A stretch of DNA of 64,000 nt from a bacterium (GCA_037127815.1 JBAXXP010000001.1:232174-296173), one strand, 5' to 3'; shown: positions 9,556 through 19,853, counted from the stretch's first letter. Numbers and translations: made by a program. Notes: generated by a model not told the origin, from the letters alone.

Positions 9556-10395
9556 ATGGAATTTCAATATATAGATATTCACGCACATGTAAACTCGTCA
9601 GAATTTGATAATGACAGAGACGAGGTTATTACGAGGTCGTTAGATGAAAGTGTGTATGTTGTTAATGTGGGGACTGATATAGAATCTTCTAAACAGGCTG
9701 TTTTAATAGCTGAAAAATATGAAGAAGGCGTTTATGCCATAGTTGGCATTCACCCGCACGAGGTTATGAATCTTGAAAAGGGAGGTTTGATAGAAAGCAC
9801 ATTGGCAGAACTAAAAGAGATAGCTAGGAATCCTAAAGTTATTGGAATAGGGGAATGCGGTTTAGATTTCTTTAAAATGGAGGAGTATAACAAGGATGTT
9901 TTAAATGAAGCTGGAGAAGTTGATGTGAAAAAAATAAAATCAGTTCAGGAGAGGGTTTTTAGGGGGCAAATTGATATTTCACTAGAGTTAGACAAACCTT
10001 TAATGCTACATTCAAGGGAAAGCTACGGCAAAACTTTAGGAATTCTTTATGAATATACAACCCTCCCTAGTGTAAGGTTACGAGGGGATGCACACTTCTT
10101 TGCTGGTTCATTAGAACAAGCATTGGCATTCATTAGTTACGGATTCACGATATCATTCACGGGTGTCATAACGTTTGCTAAAAATTACGAGGAAATAATC
10201 AAGGGAATTCCTCTAAATAAGATTCTTTCTGAGACAGACTGTCCTTATGTAGCACCGATACCTTTCAGGGGTAAAAGGGCAGAACCTGTTCATGTTAAGT
10301 TGGTAGTTCAAAAAATTGCTGAAATTAAGGGAATTTCAACAGAAGAAGCACGAGAGCAAATAGAAAAGAACGTAAAAGAGATGTTTTTTAGCTAG
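9556..10395 (+). CDS. tatD: TatD-family metal-dependent hydrolase/DNase
   Basis: IDIHAHVN ... GIHPHEV ... GECGLDF ... ETDCPYVAP motifs. Confidence 0.8.
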   Translation: MEFQYIDIHAHVNSSEFDNDRDEVITRSLDESVYVVNVGTDIESSKQAVLIAEKYEEGVYAIVGIHPHEVMNLEKGGLIESTLAELKEIARNPKVIGIGECGLDFFKMEEYNKDVLNEAGEVDVKKIKSVQERVFRGQIDISLELDKPLMLHSRESYGKTLGILYEYTTLPSVRLRGDAHFFAGSLEQALAFISYGFTISFTGVITFAKNYEEIIKGIPLNKILSETDCPYVAPIPFRGKRAEPVHVKLVVQKIAEIKGISTEEAREQIEKNVKEMFFS

Positions 10396-10493
10396 ATTTG
10401 AAGTTGGGAGGTAGATTTTGGTTAAAAACCTAAATTATAGGTATTCGACCCCAGACCGTTGCTCATCCTGGCCTTTTGTGTTAATCTTCTGGC

Positions 10494-11057
10494 ATGGCAA
10501 AAAAAGTTGAACTTATACAAGAGGACCAACAGCTTGAAAACAGAGTATATGAACTCGGTTTTCACTTCATCCCTACAATTGCGGAGGATGAGGTCGCTGT
10601 ACAGTTCTCGCACCTTAAGTCACTTATTGAGAAGCGCGGAGGACAATTTATCGCAGAAGAAATGCCTAAATTTAAAAACCTTGCGTATCCAATAAGCACG
10701 ACAAATAAGGGTCAGAAGAAAAATCATTTAGCATCATATTTTGGATGGGTTAAATTTGAAATTAATCCAGAAGAGGTAATTGCGTTAGAAAAAGAGATAA
10801 AGGCTTTTGCCACAATGCTCAGATTTCTATTGATTAAGACTGTAAAAGAAAATACATTTCTTGGAGCAGTTGCAGAAATTAAGGCAGATTCATCAAGAGC
10901 TGTTAAGGCCGCTGATGAGGTTGCAGAAAGCGTAATTTCAGAGGAAGTTGCCACAGCTGTAGAAGCTAGTGATGCAACATCAAATGAAGCTATTGCTGAA
11001 GCTGTTGCAGAAGAAGTTATTGATACTGAGAAGGTAGGTGATATCGCAACTGAATAA
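10494..11057 (+). CDS. rpsF: 30S ribosomal protein S6 (bS6) with acidic/Ala-rich C-terminal extension
   Basis: YELGFHFIP...RGGQFIAEEMPKFKNLAYPI pattern; position in rpsF-ssb-rpsR operon. Confidence 0.75.
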   Translation: MAKKVELIQEDQQLENRVYELGFHFIPTIAEDEVAVQFSHLKSLIEKRGGQFIAEEMPKFKNLAYPISTTNKGQKKNHLASYFGWVKFEINPEEVIALEKEIKAFATMLRFLLIKTVKENTFLGAVAEIKADSSRAVKAADEVAESVISEEVATAVEASDATSNEAIAEAVAEEVIDTEKVGDIATE

Positions 11058-11123
11058 GCGGTCCAGAAGGATCACTTACGGGGTGACGTATTAATCAAAC
11101 TAATAAGTATTATATAAATCACT

Positions 11124-11612
11124 ATGTATTTAAACAAAGCGTTTGTTATCGGAAATCTTACTCGTGATCCAGAGCTTAAGGCTTTGCCATCAGGAATGAG
11201 TGTTACATCTTTCTCTGTTGCAACAAATAGAGTTTGGAAAGATAAAGATGGTTCAAAGCAAGAAGCTGCAGATTATCACAATATTGTGGTATTCGGCCGC
11301 CAAGCAGAAACATCAGCTCAGTACTTAAAGAAGGGAAGTAGTGTCCTTGTAGAAGGCAGAATGCAAACTCGTTCATGGGATGGAGCAGATGGTAAAAAGC
11401 TGTACAGAACAGAAGTTATCGCTGACAATATTCAATTTGGATCAAGAGCAGGAGATGCTGGAAGTACTGGATCTTTTGGAAACGGGGGATCAGAGGCAAA
11501 GGCCCCATCTGCATTTGCAAAGAAGGCTGATGATACTGGTAACGCACTAAATCAATTAGATTCAATAGAATATCCAGAGGAGGAAATAAATCCTGAAGAT
11601 ATCCCATTCTAA
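11124..11612 (+). CDS. ssb: Single-stranded DNA-binding protein
   Basis: OB-fold N-terminus, Gly-rich linker, C-terminal DIPF tail. Confidence 0.85.
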   Translation: MYLNKAFVIGNLTRDPELKALPSGMSVTSFSVATNRVWKDKDGSKQEAADYHNIVVFGRQAETSAQYLKKGSSVLVEGRMQTRSWDGADGKKLYRTEVIADNIQFGSRAGDAGSTGSFGNGGSEAKAPSAFAKKADDTGNALNQLDSIEYPEEEINPEDIPF

Positions 11613-11645
11613 TCCGGTTACTTAAAGGATAATTAAATTAAAAAT

Positions 11646-11849
11646 ATGACAAAACATTGTTATTTCTCACAAAACAACATCAAGCATGTTGACTATAAAG
11701 ATACAGAGCTTCTAAAGAAGTTTCTTAATCCTCACGCTAGACTTCTTTCAAGAAAGAAAACTGGTGTTAGTGCTAAAAGTCAACGTAAACTAGCGTTAGC
11801 AGTCAAGAGAGCAAGATACATGGCTATATTGCCATTCATCGCTCAATAG
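11646..11849 (+). CDS. rpsR: 30S ribosomal protein S18 (bS18)
   Basis: 67 aa basic protein, RLLSRKKTGVSAKSQRKLALAVKRARYMAILPF. Confidence 0.8.
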   Translation: MTKHCYFSQNNIKHVDYKDTELLKKFLNPHARLLSRKKTGVSAKSQRKLALAVKRARYMAILPFIAQ

Positions 11850-11902
11850 GCTGAATAAGCCCAAATAGGGCTATGCGCAAGGTGATGTTGGAGACAAGAC
11901 AA

Positions 11903-11940
11903 AAGCCGCAATCCATTATGGATTGCGGCTTTTGTTTTGT
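11903..11940. terminator. Bidirectional rho-independent terminator between rpsR (+) and efp (-)
   Basis: AAAGCCGCAATCCA-TTA-TGGATTGCGGCTTT stem followed by T-run, A-run on the other side. Confidence 0.7.
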
Positions 11941-11996
11941 TTGGACTAACTGTGTGTTTGTTCACACCTCCGATCCTTCGACCGACTTTTTGAACC

Positions 11997-12560
11997 CTAT
12001 TTAACGCGCTCTACGTATTCTCCTGTTTCAGTGTTGATTCTAACCGTATCTCCTTCAACAACGAACATTGGTACGTTTAGTCCAGCCCCTGTCTCAAGAA
12101 CCACTAGCTTGTTTCCACTTTTTGATGAATCTCCACGAAGTACAGGAGGAGCTTCCTTAACTAGTAGCTCAACCTTTATAGGTAGCTTTACATTAAAGAT
12201 GTGTTCATTAAAGATTGAGGCTTCAACAATTGAGTTTGGCTTTAAGAATTTTCCACTGTTTCCAAGGACACTTTCATCAATCTTAAAACGAGCTGCTGGA
12301 TTGTTCTCTTCACAAAACCACCATTCTCCTTTATTTGCATATAGAAACTTGATTTTTTTTGTATCGATCTCAGCTGTGTGAACCTTGTCAGTAGCACCAA
12401 AAGAGTGCTCGACAATTCTTCCGTTTAATAAATTTCTTAACTTAGTATCGTTAACTGGCTTTCTCATTTGCTTTCTGAAAATATGAGAACTCATAACTTC
12501 ATAAGGCTCACCCTCGAAAACGATAAACTTCCTAACTGTAATTTCATTATAATCGTACAT
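11997..12560 (-). CDS. efp: Elongation factor P
   Basis: C-terminal GDTVRINTETGEYVERV and overall KOW/OB architecture. Confidence 0.85.
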   Translation of the reverse strand: MYDYNEITVRKFIVFEGEPYEVMSSHIFRKQMRKPVNDTKLRNLLNGRIVEHSFGATDKVHTAEIDTKKIKFLYANKGEWWFCEENNPAARFKIDESVLGNSGKFLKPNSIVEASIFNEHIFNVKLPIKVELLVKEAPPVLRGDSSKSGNKLVVLETGAGLNVPMFVVEGDTVRINTETGEYVERVK

Positions 12561-12701
12561 AATATGGCCATTGTAGACTATTAAAGAGGGGATGTCTATG
12601 CCATATCTGTACGTGAATAGACCTCAGAGATATCTAAAAATATTGTATTTCTTTATAAATTCTTTATGAAAACTGAAGAGTTGTTCTGATAGTATTTAGA
12701 G

Positions 12702-13100
12702 ATGTTCAAAAAATTTATAGATTGGATGCATAGTAAGAAAAGAATTGACTCAAAAGAAAGGGCCGAAACGGTTATTAAAGAAAGAGAGGTCTACTGGTGT
12801 TCCCTAGGAGAAAATATTGGTGATGAAGAAAATGGTAAAGGCACGGTGTTTCGTAGGCCTGTACTAATATTTAAAAAATTTAACAACCGTATTTTTTGGG
12901 GAATACCAATGAGTACGAAAAACAAGGTAAACATTTACTATTTAAAAGTAAAACTAAGAGACATGGAGCAGTCAGTAATGCTTTCCCAGTTGAGGATTTT
13001 GGATACTAAAAGACTCGATACAAAAATAGGATATCTATCTGAAGGTGATTTTATAAAAATACAAAATTCTATAATGGATATTATAAAAAATAAACGTTAA
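12702..13100 (+). CDS. MazF/PemK/EndoA-family endoribonuclease toxin (paralog 1), about 25-aa N-terminal extension
   Basis: EVYWCSLGENIGDEENGKGTVFRRPVLIF...IPMSTK...SQLRILDTKRLDTKIGYLSEGDF aligns with MazF/EndoA ([23 protein letters not shown] ... EQIRTIDKQRLTDKITHLDDEMM). Confidence 0.7.
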   Translation: MFKKFIDWMHSKKRIDSKERAETVIKEREVYWCSLGENIGDEENGKGTVFRRPVLIFKKFNNRIFWGIPMSTKNKVNIYYLKVKLRDMEQSVMLSQLRILDTKRLDTKIGYLSEGDFIKIQNSIMDIIKNKR

Positions 13101-13183
13101 GCCCGAGCTCTTTTGGAGCTCGGGCGTACGGGATAACCCATTTGTACTTATAGTTTATCAAATAATTTTTGCTTGTCAAATTT
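13101..13183 (+). repeat. GC-rich hairpin (GCCCGAGCTC-TTTTG-GAGCTCGGGC) followed by a conserved about 50-bp element (ATAACCCATTTGTA...TTATCAAATAATTTTTGCTTGTCAAA); copy 1
   Basis: Repeated almost identically after the second MazF paralog. Confidence 0.6.
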
Positions 13184-13296
13184 TGCTGGTTCTACAAGCG
13201 TTATGTGGTGTATGGGCGACTGGTAAATATATTTTATCTTCGGATTTTCTTTAACTTTTCTTTCAAGAAATAACAGTGCTGGCTTGTTAATATACT

Positions 13297-13689
13297 TTGA
13301 TGTTTAAAAAATTCACAGAATGGATTCATGCAAAGATTAATATCGATGAAAAAGAAAGAAAATCTCAAATTAAAGTAATGGAAGTATATTGGTGTGCTCT
13401 AGGTGAGAATATAGGTGATGAAGAGAACGGAAAAGGGGATGATTTTTGCCGCCCTGTCTTAGTGTTTAAGAAGTTTAATAATAATATATTTTGGGGTATA
13501 CCCATGAGTACTAAAGAGAAAGAGAGCATTTATTATATAAAGGTCAGGCTTTTGGACTCTGTGCGGTCCGTAATGATTTCTCAGGTTAGAACTTTAGATA
13601 CAAAAAGGTTGCTTAAAAAGATAGGCTATATATCAAGGGCAGATTTTACAATCGTACAAGACGCAGTAATCGGAATCATAAAAAACTAA
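13297..13689 (+). CDS. MazF/PemK/EndoA-family toxin (paralog 2; tandem duplicate of 12702..13100)
   Basis: About 65% identical to paralog 1 over its full length with the same motifs. Confidence 0.7.
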   Translation: MMFKKFTEWIHAKINIDEKERKSQIKVMEVYWCALGENIGDEENGKGDDFCRPVLVFKKFNNNIFWGIPMSTKEKESIYYIKVRLLDSVRSVMISQVRTLDTKRLLKKIGYISRADFTIVQDAVIGIIKN

Positions 13690-13697
13690 TTTTTTAT

Positions 13698-13785
13698 CCG
13701 CGCCTTTTTACAGCGCGGACGGTCGGAATAATCCATTTGTAACTAAAGTTTATCAAATAATTTTTGCTTGTCAAACTTTACTTTG
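13698..13785 (+). repeat. Hairpin (CCGCGCC...GGCGCGG) plus conserved about 50-bp element; copy 2
   Basis: AATAATCCATTTGTAACTAAAGTTTATCAAATAATTTTTGCTTGTCAAA matches copy 1. Confidence 0.6.
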
Positions 13786-13934
13786 CGTAATGTTTCTAAA
13801 ATTATTATTTACACAAGAAGTTCATTTGAGTAGGTGATTAATAAAAAAAGCGCCAAATTAATGACGCTTTTTATATTTAGAATACTTACATTGCACAGAC
13901 TGGCTAGTCTAGGTTCGGTATCACAATGTTACTC

Positions 13935-15191
13935 CTAAAGCTCCTTCAAATGGTCTCTAATCTTCTTCAAAATTTCATTACTAATTTTTGAGTTAGATTT
14001 TAAGAACTGACGAGTAGCATCATATCCACGTCCTAGTTTTTCATCGCCATAAGCGTAACTTGTTCCACTCTTTGTAATTATTTTTAGTTTCTCACCAAGT
14101 GCAATAAGCTCACCCTCTCTTGAAATTCCTTCATTGTACATAAGATCAAATTCTGTCTGTCTAAAAGGTGCAGCAACCTTGTTCTTTACAACCTTAACAC
14201 GAACACGTCCTCCCATTATTTCTTCGCCTTTTTTAATCTGAGCAATTCTTCTAATATCTAATCTAACAGAAGTATAGAACTTCAATGCCTTTCCACCTGG
14301 TGTTGTCTCTGGATTACCAAACATAACTCCAATTTGCATTCTAATCTGATTAATAAAGATAACAATTGTTTTACTTCTTGCAACAATGGCTGTTAGTTTT
14401 CTAAGTGCCTGTGACATAAGTCTTGCTTGTTTACCCATATGAGATGCACCCATATCTCCTTCAATTTCATCTTTTGGAGTAAGAGCTGCAACAGAGTCAA
14501 TAACAATAACGTCGAGCTTTCCTGATCTCACAAGACTCTCAACAATCTCCAATGCCTGCTCTCCGGTGTCTGGTTGTGATATTAAAAGTTCATCAATTTG
14601 AACACCAAGTCTTTTTGCATACTCTGGGTCCATTGCATGTTCTGCATCAATGAAAGCACAAATACCATCTTTCTTTTGAGCTTCTGCAATAACATGAAGT
14701 GAAAGAGTAGTCTTTCCTGACGATTCTGGCCCAAAGATTTCTATGATTCTTCCTCTAGGAAGTCCTCCTACGCCAAGCGCAGCATCCAACCCAATTGATC
14801 CTGTTGAAATTGCATTAACATCAACTCTTGGTTTTTCTCCAAGGCGCATAATTGCGTCATCGCCAAACTTAGTTTTAATTTGAGCAATAGTATCTTTGAT
14901 AGAAGAATTTAAATCTCTATCCTTGCTTGCTTTTTTCTTTGAACCAAAAGATGAACCTGAGCCAGATGATAGTAATGAAGAAAGGGAAGGGGAGTCAGAC
15001 TTTTCTTCGTCCTTTTCCGCCTCCTCATTATTTTCATCATCTGTTGCAACAGCTTGCTTTACATCAGCTGCTGTAGTTTTTTTCTTCACCTCCTCCTTAT
15101 CAGCTTTCTTTACCTTCACTTCCTCAGGTTTTTTACCAGCTACTTTTTTGTCATCAGCTTTCTTTTCCGGAACTATTTTTTTGTTTACCAT
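13935..15191 (-). CDS. recA: Recombinase RecA with about 85-aa Lys/Glu/Ser-rich N-terminal extension
   Basis: [13 protein letters not shown] Walker [46 protein letters not shown]. Confidence 0.9.
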   Translation of the reverse strand: MVNKKIVPEKKADDKKVAGKKPEEVKVKKADKEEVKKKTTAADVKQAVATDDENNEEAEKDEEKSDSPSLSSLLSSGSGSSFGSKKKASKDRDLNSSIKDTIAQIKTKFGDDAIMRLGEKPRVDVNAISTGSIGLDAALGVGGLPRGRIIEIFGPESSGKTTLSLHVIAEAQKKDGICAFIDAEHAMDPEYAKRLGVQIDELLISQPDTGEQALEIVESLVRSGKLDVIVIDSVAALTPKDEIEGDMGASHMGKQARLMSQALRKLTAIVARSKTIVIFINQIRMQIGVMFGNPETTPGGKALKFYTSVRLDIRRIAQIKKGEEIMGGRVRVKVVKNKVAAPFRQTEFDLMYNEGISREGELIALGEKLKIITKSGTSYAYGDEKLGRGYDATRQFLKSNSKISNEILKKIRDHLKEL

Positions 15192-15249
15192 AGCATTAAA
15201 AAATTTATTGAATTATTTATATTAATTTTCATCCTGTCTACACGCAGTC

Positions 15250-15663
15250 TTACTTCACGTCCGTTGTTGTACCATCCTTTGTTTCAGTATCTATTTTACC
15301 ATCCGTATAAACTACTTGAAGCTCCTTTGTTACATGGGATCCAAACTTGTCTTTTGCTTCTAGTTTAATGACATTGTATCCAGGGTAGAGAAGTACTTTT
15401 TCTTTAAATTGGCCGAACTCATCTATTGGTATTAGTCTGTCATTCAACATAATTACTGAAACGTTTTTAACTATACCTTTGACGTCTACAGCGCTATTGT
15501 TGGCACTAGTTGTGCTTGGACTTTGTATTGTGATTTGAGGACCACTAATTATTTTTTTTGATTGAAAACCTGCGTAACTTCCTATAACGCAAACAGCAAG
15601 GACAATAAGAACATTTCTAATTATTGTTTTACCTTCCTTAATGTTTTTGCGCGTTCCTATCAT
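15250..15663 (-). CDS. Hypothetical small membrane-anchored/secreted protein
   Basis: ORF with N-terminal hydrophobic helix between recA and ftsK; no motifs. Confidence 0.35.
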   Translation of the reverse strand: MIGTRKNIKEGKTIIRNVLIVLAVCVIGSYAGFQSKKIISGPQITIQSPSTTSANNSAVDVKGIVKNVSVIMLNDRLIPIDEFGQFKEKVLLYPGYNVIKLEAKDKFGSHVTKELQVVYTDGKIDTETKDGTTTDVK

Positions 15664-15727
15664 ATAATGTTTGTTTAAAGTTTCTATAAAGAATTCCTAA
15701 AGAAATCCCAAATATTTAATGTAATAA

Positions 15728-18196
15728 TTAATCTTCCTCGACCTTATTTTCTATTATATCAGAATTATTACTTGAAGTGTTATATTCAGACACATTAATA
15801 TCGCTATCGTTATTACCTGTATTATTACCATTGTTTCCATTAAGAATATCATTACCAGAATTAGACCCGCTATTTTGCTGTCCTGCTCCACTGTATGTCA
15901 ATATTTCTCTTGGTCTTGCTCCATCGGCAGGCCCAACAACACCCTTGTCTTCAAGAATGTCCATCAGGCGAGCTGCTCTGGCGTAGCCAACTCGTAATTT
16001 TCTCTGAAGATATGATGTGGATGCTTTTCCAGCTTCAATTACTAATTCCTTTGCTTCCTCATACAAATCATCCTCATCTTCATCGTCAGATCCTCCAAAA
16101 GATGAACTAAATACAGCATCGGGTGTAACAGATGCGCCTTGCTCGCCATTAAATGATATCTCTTGTGGTAGGGAATCCATTGAGTCTACCAAGTATTTAA
16201 CCAGTTTCTTTGTTTCATTTTCTGTAACATAGGCACATTGAATTCTAATAGGAGTAGGTGTTTCACCAGAAAGGAAGAGCATATCTCCAGCACCTAACAA
16301 CTCCTCAGCTCCTCTCATATCCAGAATGGTTCTTGAGTCAATCTGAGAAGCCACTTGAAGTGCAATACGAGCAGGAACGTTGGCTTTGATAAGACCTGTA
16401 ATAACATTAACAGAAGGACGCTGTGTTGAGATAATAAGGTGAATACCTACAGCACGTGACATTTGAGCTAGTTTAACAATTCCTGATTCCAACTCTCTTG
16501 GATATGCCTGCATAATATCAGCTAATTCATCGAGAATAATCACAATGTAAGGCATTGTCTCAGGTGCCTCTTCTTCCTTTGTAAAACCATCGCTCTTTCT
16601 CTTATCAAGTAATGGCTTCAGTATGTTTTTGTGGTATGAGTCAATATCTCTAATTCCAAACTTCTCAAGTACGTTATATCTTCTTTCCATCTCTTTTGCT
16701 GCCCATTTAAGGGAAAGTATTGCTTTCTTCGCATCAGTAATAACAGGAGTCAGAAGGTGAGGTATTTTGTTATACATTGTTAGCTCAACTCTCTTTGGGT
16801 CAATCATGATGAACTTAAGGTTGTCAGCAGAGTTCTTGTATAGAAGGGAAGCAATGACTGCGTGAATCGTAACAGACTTTCCAGATCCAGTTGCTCCAGC
16901 GATAAGCATGTGAGGAGCCTTTGCTAAGTTTGTAAAATACGACTTTCCAGAGATGCCTTTTCCAAGTGCAACAAGTAATGGCTTTTCTGATTTTTGATAT
17001 TCTTCTTGCCCCAAAAGTGATCCCAGTCCAACTGTAGTTTTGATAGTGTTTGGAATTTCAATTCCAACAAGTGACTTTCCTGGAATAGGAGCTTCTATTC
17101 TAATAGGGTGTGCAGCTAATGCTAGCGATAGGTTATTTTGAAGACCAAGAATTTTTGAAAGCTTCACACCTTCTGCTGGCTTAAGTGCGTATCTAGTAAC
17201 AGAGGGTCCGATTGAAACCTCATCCATTTCTACGTCGATACCAAAATTTTGTAAAGTTCTTTTAATAATATTTGCATTCGCTTTGATGTCTCCAACGCCA
17301 GGCTTTCCTTTATCTTGCTCCAATATTGAAAGTGGGGGAGGAACAAAAGTTTTACCACTCCATGTGCTCTTTGCTTTAAGTTCAATTGATTCATCTTCCT
17401 TGATAGATTTTCCATCCACCTCTGTGCCTTTAGTTCTGTTCAGGGATTTTCCATTATCTGAATCCTCTCCATTTTTTCCACCATCTTTATTTCCAAATTT
17501 TGAAGAAACAGCATCTATTAAACCCTTACCTTGAGCTGCGTTTGCACTAGCTTCTGCATCTTTAATAGACTTTGAAATCTTTTCATCTTCTGTTCCTTTG
17601 ATTGTTCCATCCTTAGCGTTTTCTTCAGCCTCCTCGTCGCCTTCTTCCACTTTTTTATTGAATAGTCTCCAGAACATAATGTGTTCCTTCTTAAGTGACG
17701 AATCGTAAATTATAAGTACGGAAATTATGGAAAGAGCGATAGTTATCACATAACTAGTAGGGTAGTCAAAAAGGGCAATAAGTGGTTTTGCTACACCCTT
17801 ACCAACATAACCTCCACTCTCTAGGTTTATCAAACTAATCACCCCTAAAGATGATAGTAGGAACATTAATGCCCCTAGTGATTTTGATAAATAGAATTTC
17901 TTGTTTTTCTCACCAAAGAAGGCGATTGAAAGGAGAATGAATGTAATTGGTATTAGATAGTATCCAAGACCAAGGAGTTTTGAAAACATACTATATATAG
18001 TATTGCCAGCTGCCCCTCCTTTATTGAATGATGCGAAGAAGAAGAATATTGCTAATACAAACATAGCTATTCCCCAAACACTTTGTATAGTACTTGCTTT
18101 GAACATTGGTTCAGCAACTTCTTCCTCAACTGTGGATAATCTTGGGGTACGAGTCTTAATTTCTTTTTTGATTTTTTTCTTATCTCTATTTGCCAT
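15728..18196 (-). CDS. ftsK: DNA translocase FtsK/SpoIIIE
   Basis: N-terminal TM helices, GATGSGKSV Walker A, C-terminal gamma winged helix (YLQRKLRVGYARAARLMDILEDKGVVGP). Confidence 0.85.
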   Translation of the reverse strand: MANRDKKKIKKEIKTRTPRLSTVEEEVAEPMFKASTIQSVWGIAMFVLAIFFFFASFNKGGAAGNTIYSMFSKLLGLGYYLIPITFILLSIAFFGEKNKKFYLSKSLGALMFLLSSLGVISLINLESGGYVGKGVAKPLIALFDYPTSYVITIALSIISVLIIYDSSLKKEHIMFWRLFNKKVEEGDEEAEENAKDGTIKGTEDEKISKSIKDAEASANAAQGKGLIDAVSSKFGNKDGGKNGEDSDNGKSLNRTKGTEVDGKSIKEDESIELKAKSTWSGKTFVPPPLSILEQDKGKPGVGDIKANANIIKRTLQNFGIDVEMDEVSIGPSVTRYALKPAEGVKLSKILGLQNNLSLALAAHPIRIEAPIPGKSLVGIEIPNTIKTTVGLGSLLGQEEYQKSEKPLLVALGKGISGKSYFTNLAKAPHMLIAGATGSGKSVTIHAVIASLLYKNSADNLKFIMIDPKRVELTMYNKIPHLLTPVITDAKKAILSLKWAAKEMERRYNVLEKFGIRDIDSYHKNILKPLLDKRKSDGFTKEEEAPETMPYIVIILDELADIMQAYPRELESGIVKLAQMSRAVGIHLIISTQRPSVNVITGLIKANVPARIALQVASQIDSRTILDMRGAEELLGAGDMLFLSGETPTPIRIQCAYVTENETKKLVKYLVDSMDSLPQEISFNGEQGASVTPDAVFSSSFGGSDDEDEDDLYEEAKELVIEAGKASTSYLQRKLRVGYARAARLMDILEDKGVVGPADGARPREILTYSGAGQQNSGSNSGNDILNGNNGNNTGNNDSDINVSEYNTSSNNSDIIENKVEED

Positions 18197-18273
18197 ATCT
18201 CGTTATTTTAACACGTATTATCTCAGGTTAAAAATGAAAGCAAATTGCAACACATTGTCTTATACAAGGGGAC

Positions 18274-18301
18274 TTGTCATTGGGTATGACTTATATATAA
18301 T
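18274..18301 (+). promoter_or_regulatory. Sigma70-like promoter TTGTCA-16-TATAAT
   Basis: Direct reading in the ftsK/18391 divergent intergenic region. Confidence 0.45.
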
Positions 18302-18390
18302 GTCTCTGAACTTGCCATTCGGTTTTGACTTTTTAGGCAAATCTATCAAGGACAAAATTGGGTACAGGTATTAAAGACATAAAAAAGACT

Positions 18391-19350
18391 ATGAATAATC
18401 TATCAGACAACGGTTTGGAAAAAATAGTGGAATTGGGCTCATTGAGCTTCTTTAATTCTGACCCATATTTTAATTTTGTATACAAGAAATCAGAAAGGCT
18501 TTGCATGGCTATATATCTAATAACAGACTTCTTTCCATCTGAGGATTCAATAAAGGACAATATGAGAAAAGCTGGTGCTGAGCTACTTAAGGTGTCTTTG
18601 TCCTTGATAAACGCATCGTCTCCATTGAGAAGAAATATATTAAATGACATTAGTAGACTTTGCCTTGAGGTTACATCTTTATCTAAAATAGCATCTAACT
18701 TGGGAATGACATCTGGGCCAAACCACAACGTGCTGGAGAACGAAATTATGAATTTCATTTCAGTAATTGAAACCAGAGAAAGGCCAAATACTACAGGTCA
18801 GGGTTTTGTCCTTAATGAAGAATTGCTGGGAGGTAAGGATGATGATTCATCTAAACAATTTAATAAGTCCTTTTATCATGTAGATGAAAAGTCTGGGGTA
18901 AGCACCAATTCTTCAACAAGTGACCATTCCACTCAAAATATGGAAACTAATGAAGATGAAGAAAAGTCATCTAGTTTTGTTTCAAAAACGGAGATCCTTG
19001 TTTCACACGTTAAGAGTGAGAAAAAAGAAATATTAAATAATAATACCGAAGTGAATAACACTGACGTCTTAAACCATAGCGTAGAGTCGCTCAACATAAA
19101 TAGTATTAGTCCCGCCAATATAAATAGTATTGGTCCCGCTCCAGTTAAGTCTGTAATGCAAAAGAATGAAAGACAACAAATAATACTTGGTATAATCAAG
19201 GAAATAGGGGAATCGTCTATTAAGGACATTTCTGACAACATAAGGGATTGTAGTGAGAAGACAATACAAAGAGAGTTGAATACATTAATCTATGACGGTG
19301 TCCTTAAAAAGATAGGTGAAAGAAGATGGAGTAAATATATTTTAGCTTAG
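18391..19350 (+). CDS. Hypothetical protein with C-terminal DeoR-like winged HTH (ORF track start 18358 is TTG; first ATG at 18391)
   Basis: C-terminus IILGIIKEIGESSIKDISDNIRDCSEKTIQRELNTLIYDGVLKKIGERRWSKY resembles HTH_DeoR. Confidence 0.45.
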   Translation: MNNLSDNGLEKIVELGSLSFFNSDPYFNFVYKKSERLCMAIYLITDFFPSEDSIKDNMRKAGAELLKVSLSLINASSPLRRNILNDISRLCLEVTSLSKIASNLGMTSGPNHNVLENEIMNFISVIETRERPNTTGQGFVLNEELLGGKDDDSSKQFNKSFYHVDEKSGVSTNSSTSDHSTQNMETNEDEEKSSSFVSKTEILVSHVKSEKKEILNNNTEVNNTDVLNHSVESLNINSISPANINSIGPAPVKSVMQKNERQQIILGIIKEIGESSIKDISDNIRDCSEKTIQRELNTLIYDGVLKKIGERRWSKYILA

Positions 19351-19472
19351 TCTTTTGCTGCCCTCTATGAGATGTCTTTTATCACACAAAAAGGACAAAT
19401 AAAAGACACCTCAAAGTACAAAAAGTCTTTAATTAAAAAGCCCAAATAGAATTTGACTACATTTGATAACTG

Positions 19473-19501
19473 TTGACTAAAGGCCTGTTTTTCTGTAATA
19501 T
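19473..19501 (+). promoter_or_regulatory. Promoter-like TTGACT-17-TAATAT in long intergenic region
   Basis: Direct reading; followed by inverted repeats CTGTACAC/GTGTACAG and AAAGGCCT/AGGCCTTT plus T-run. Confidence 0.35.
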
Positions 19502-19853
19502 TATGCACTGTACACCGTCATTATGTGTACAGGTTGAGTTTTAGGCCTTTTTATGACATTTTGTTGTAAAATAAGGCTCTAAAAGCTATAATTGAAATAC
19601 CTGGAACTTTGACAATTAAATAGATAGTTCCTCATAAACAGTAATTCTGCCAATTATCTGCCAATTCAGTACTCAGAACCCCAACTAGTTATGTGCTTCC
19701 ACCTTATCTCAAGTCGACCCGTTTTATCTATTATTGATGGATTAAACCGTTAACATTGCATAAAAAGGAAATTGAGATGGGGAAGTAAACGTGATCTCTT
19801 GATTATGCATTTATTATGTGTAATTAAGTGATCACAAAATTCCTGTTATTCCG

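Noticed and set aside
10459-10695. 78-aa ORF overlapping the rpsF start, and other short antisense ORFs within large genes (e.g. 45246..45698 in pyk, 51129..51662 in the VirD4-like gene, 7022..7777 in the AI-2E gene)
   Set aside because: They are embedded in or antisense to well-supported conserved genes and show no motifs. They are typical low-GC frame noise.
13901-13920. Motif AGAC(T)GGCTAGTCT shared with 52985-53002 (AGACAGATTGGCTAGTCTGT)
   Set aside because: Only about 10-11 nt are shared and the contexts differ (3' of recA versus 5' of the GT11/ligase genes). One such chance match is expected in 64 kb of both strands, so I did not call a repeat family.
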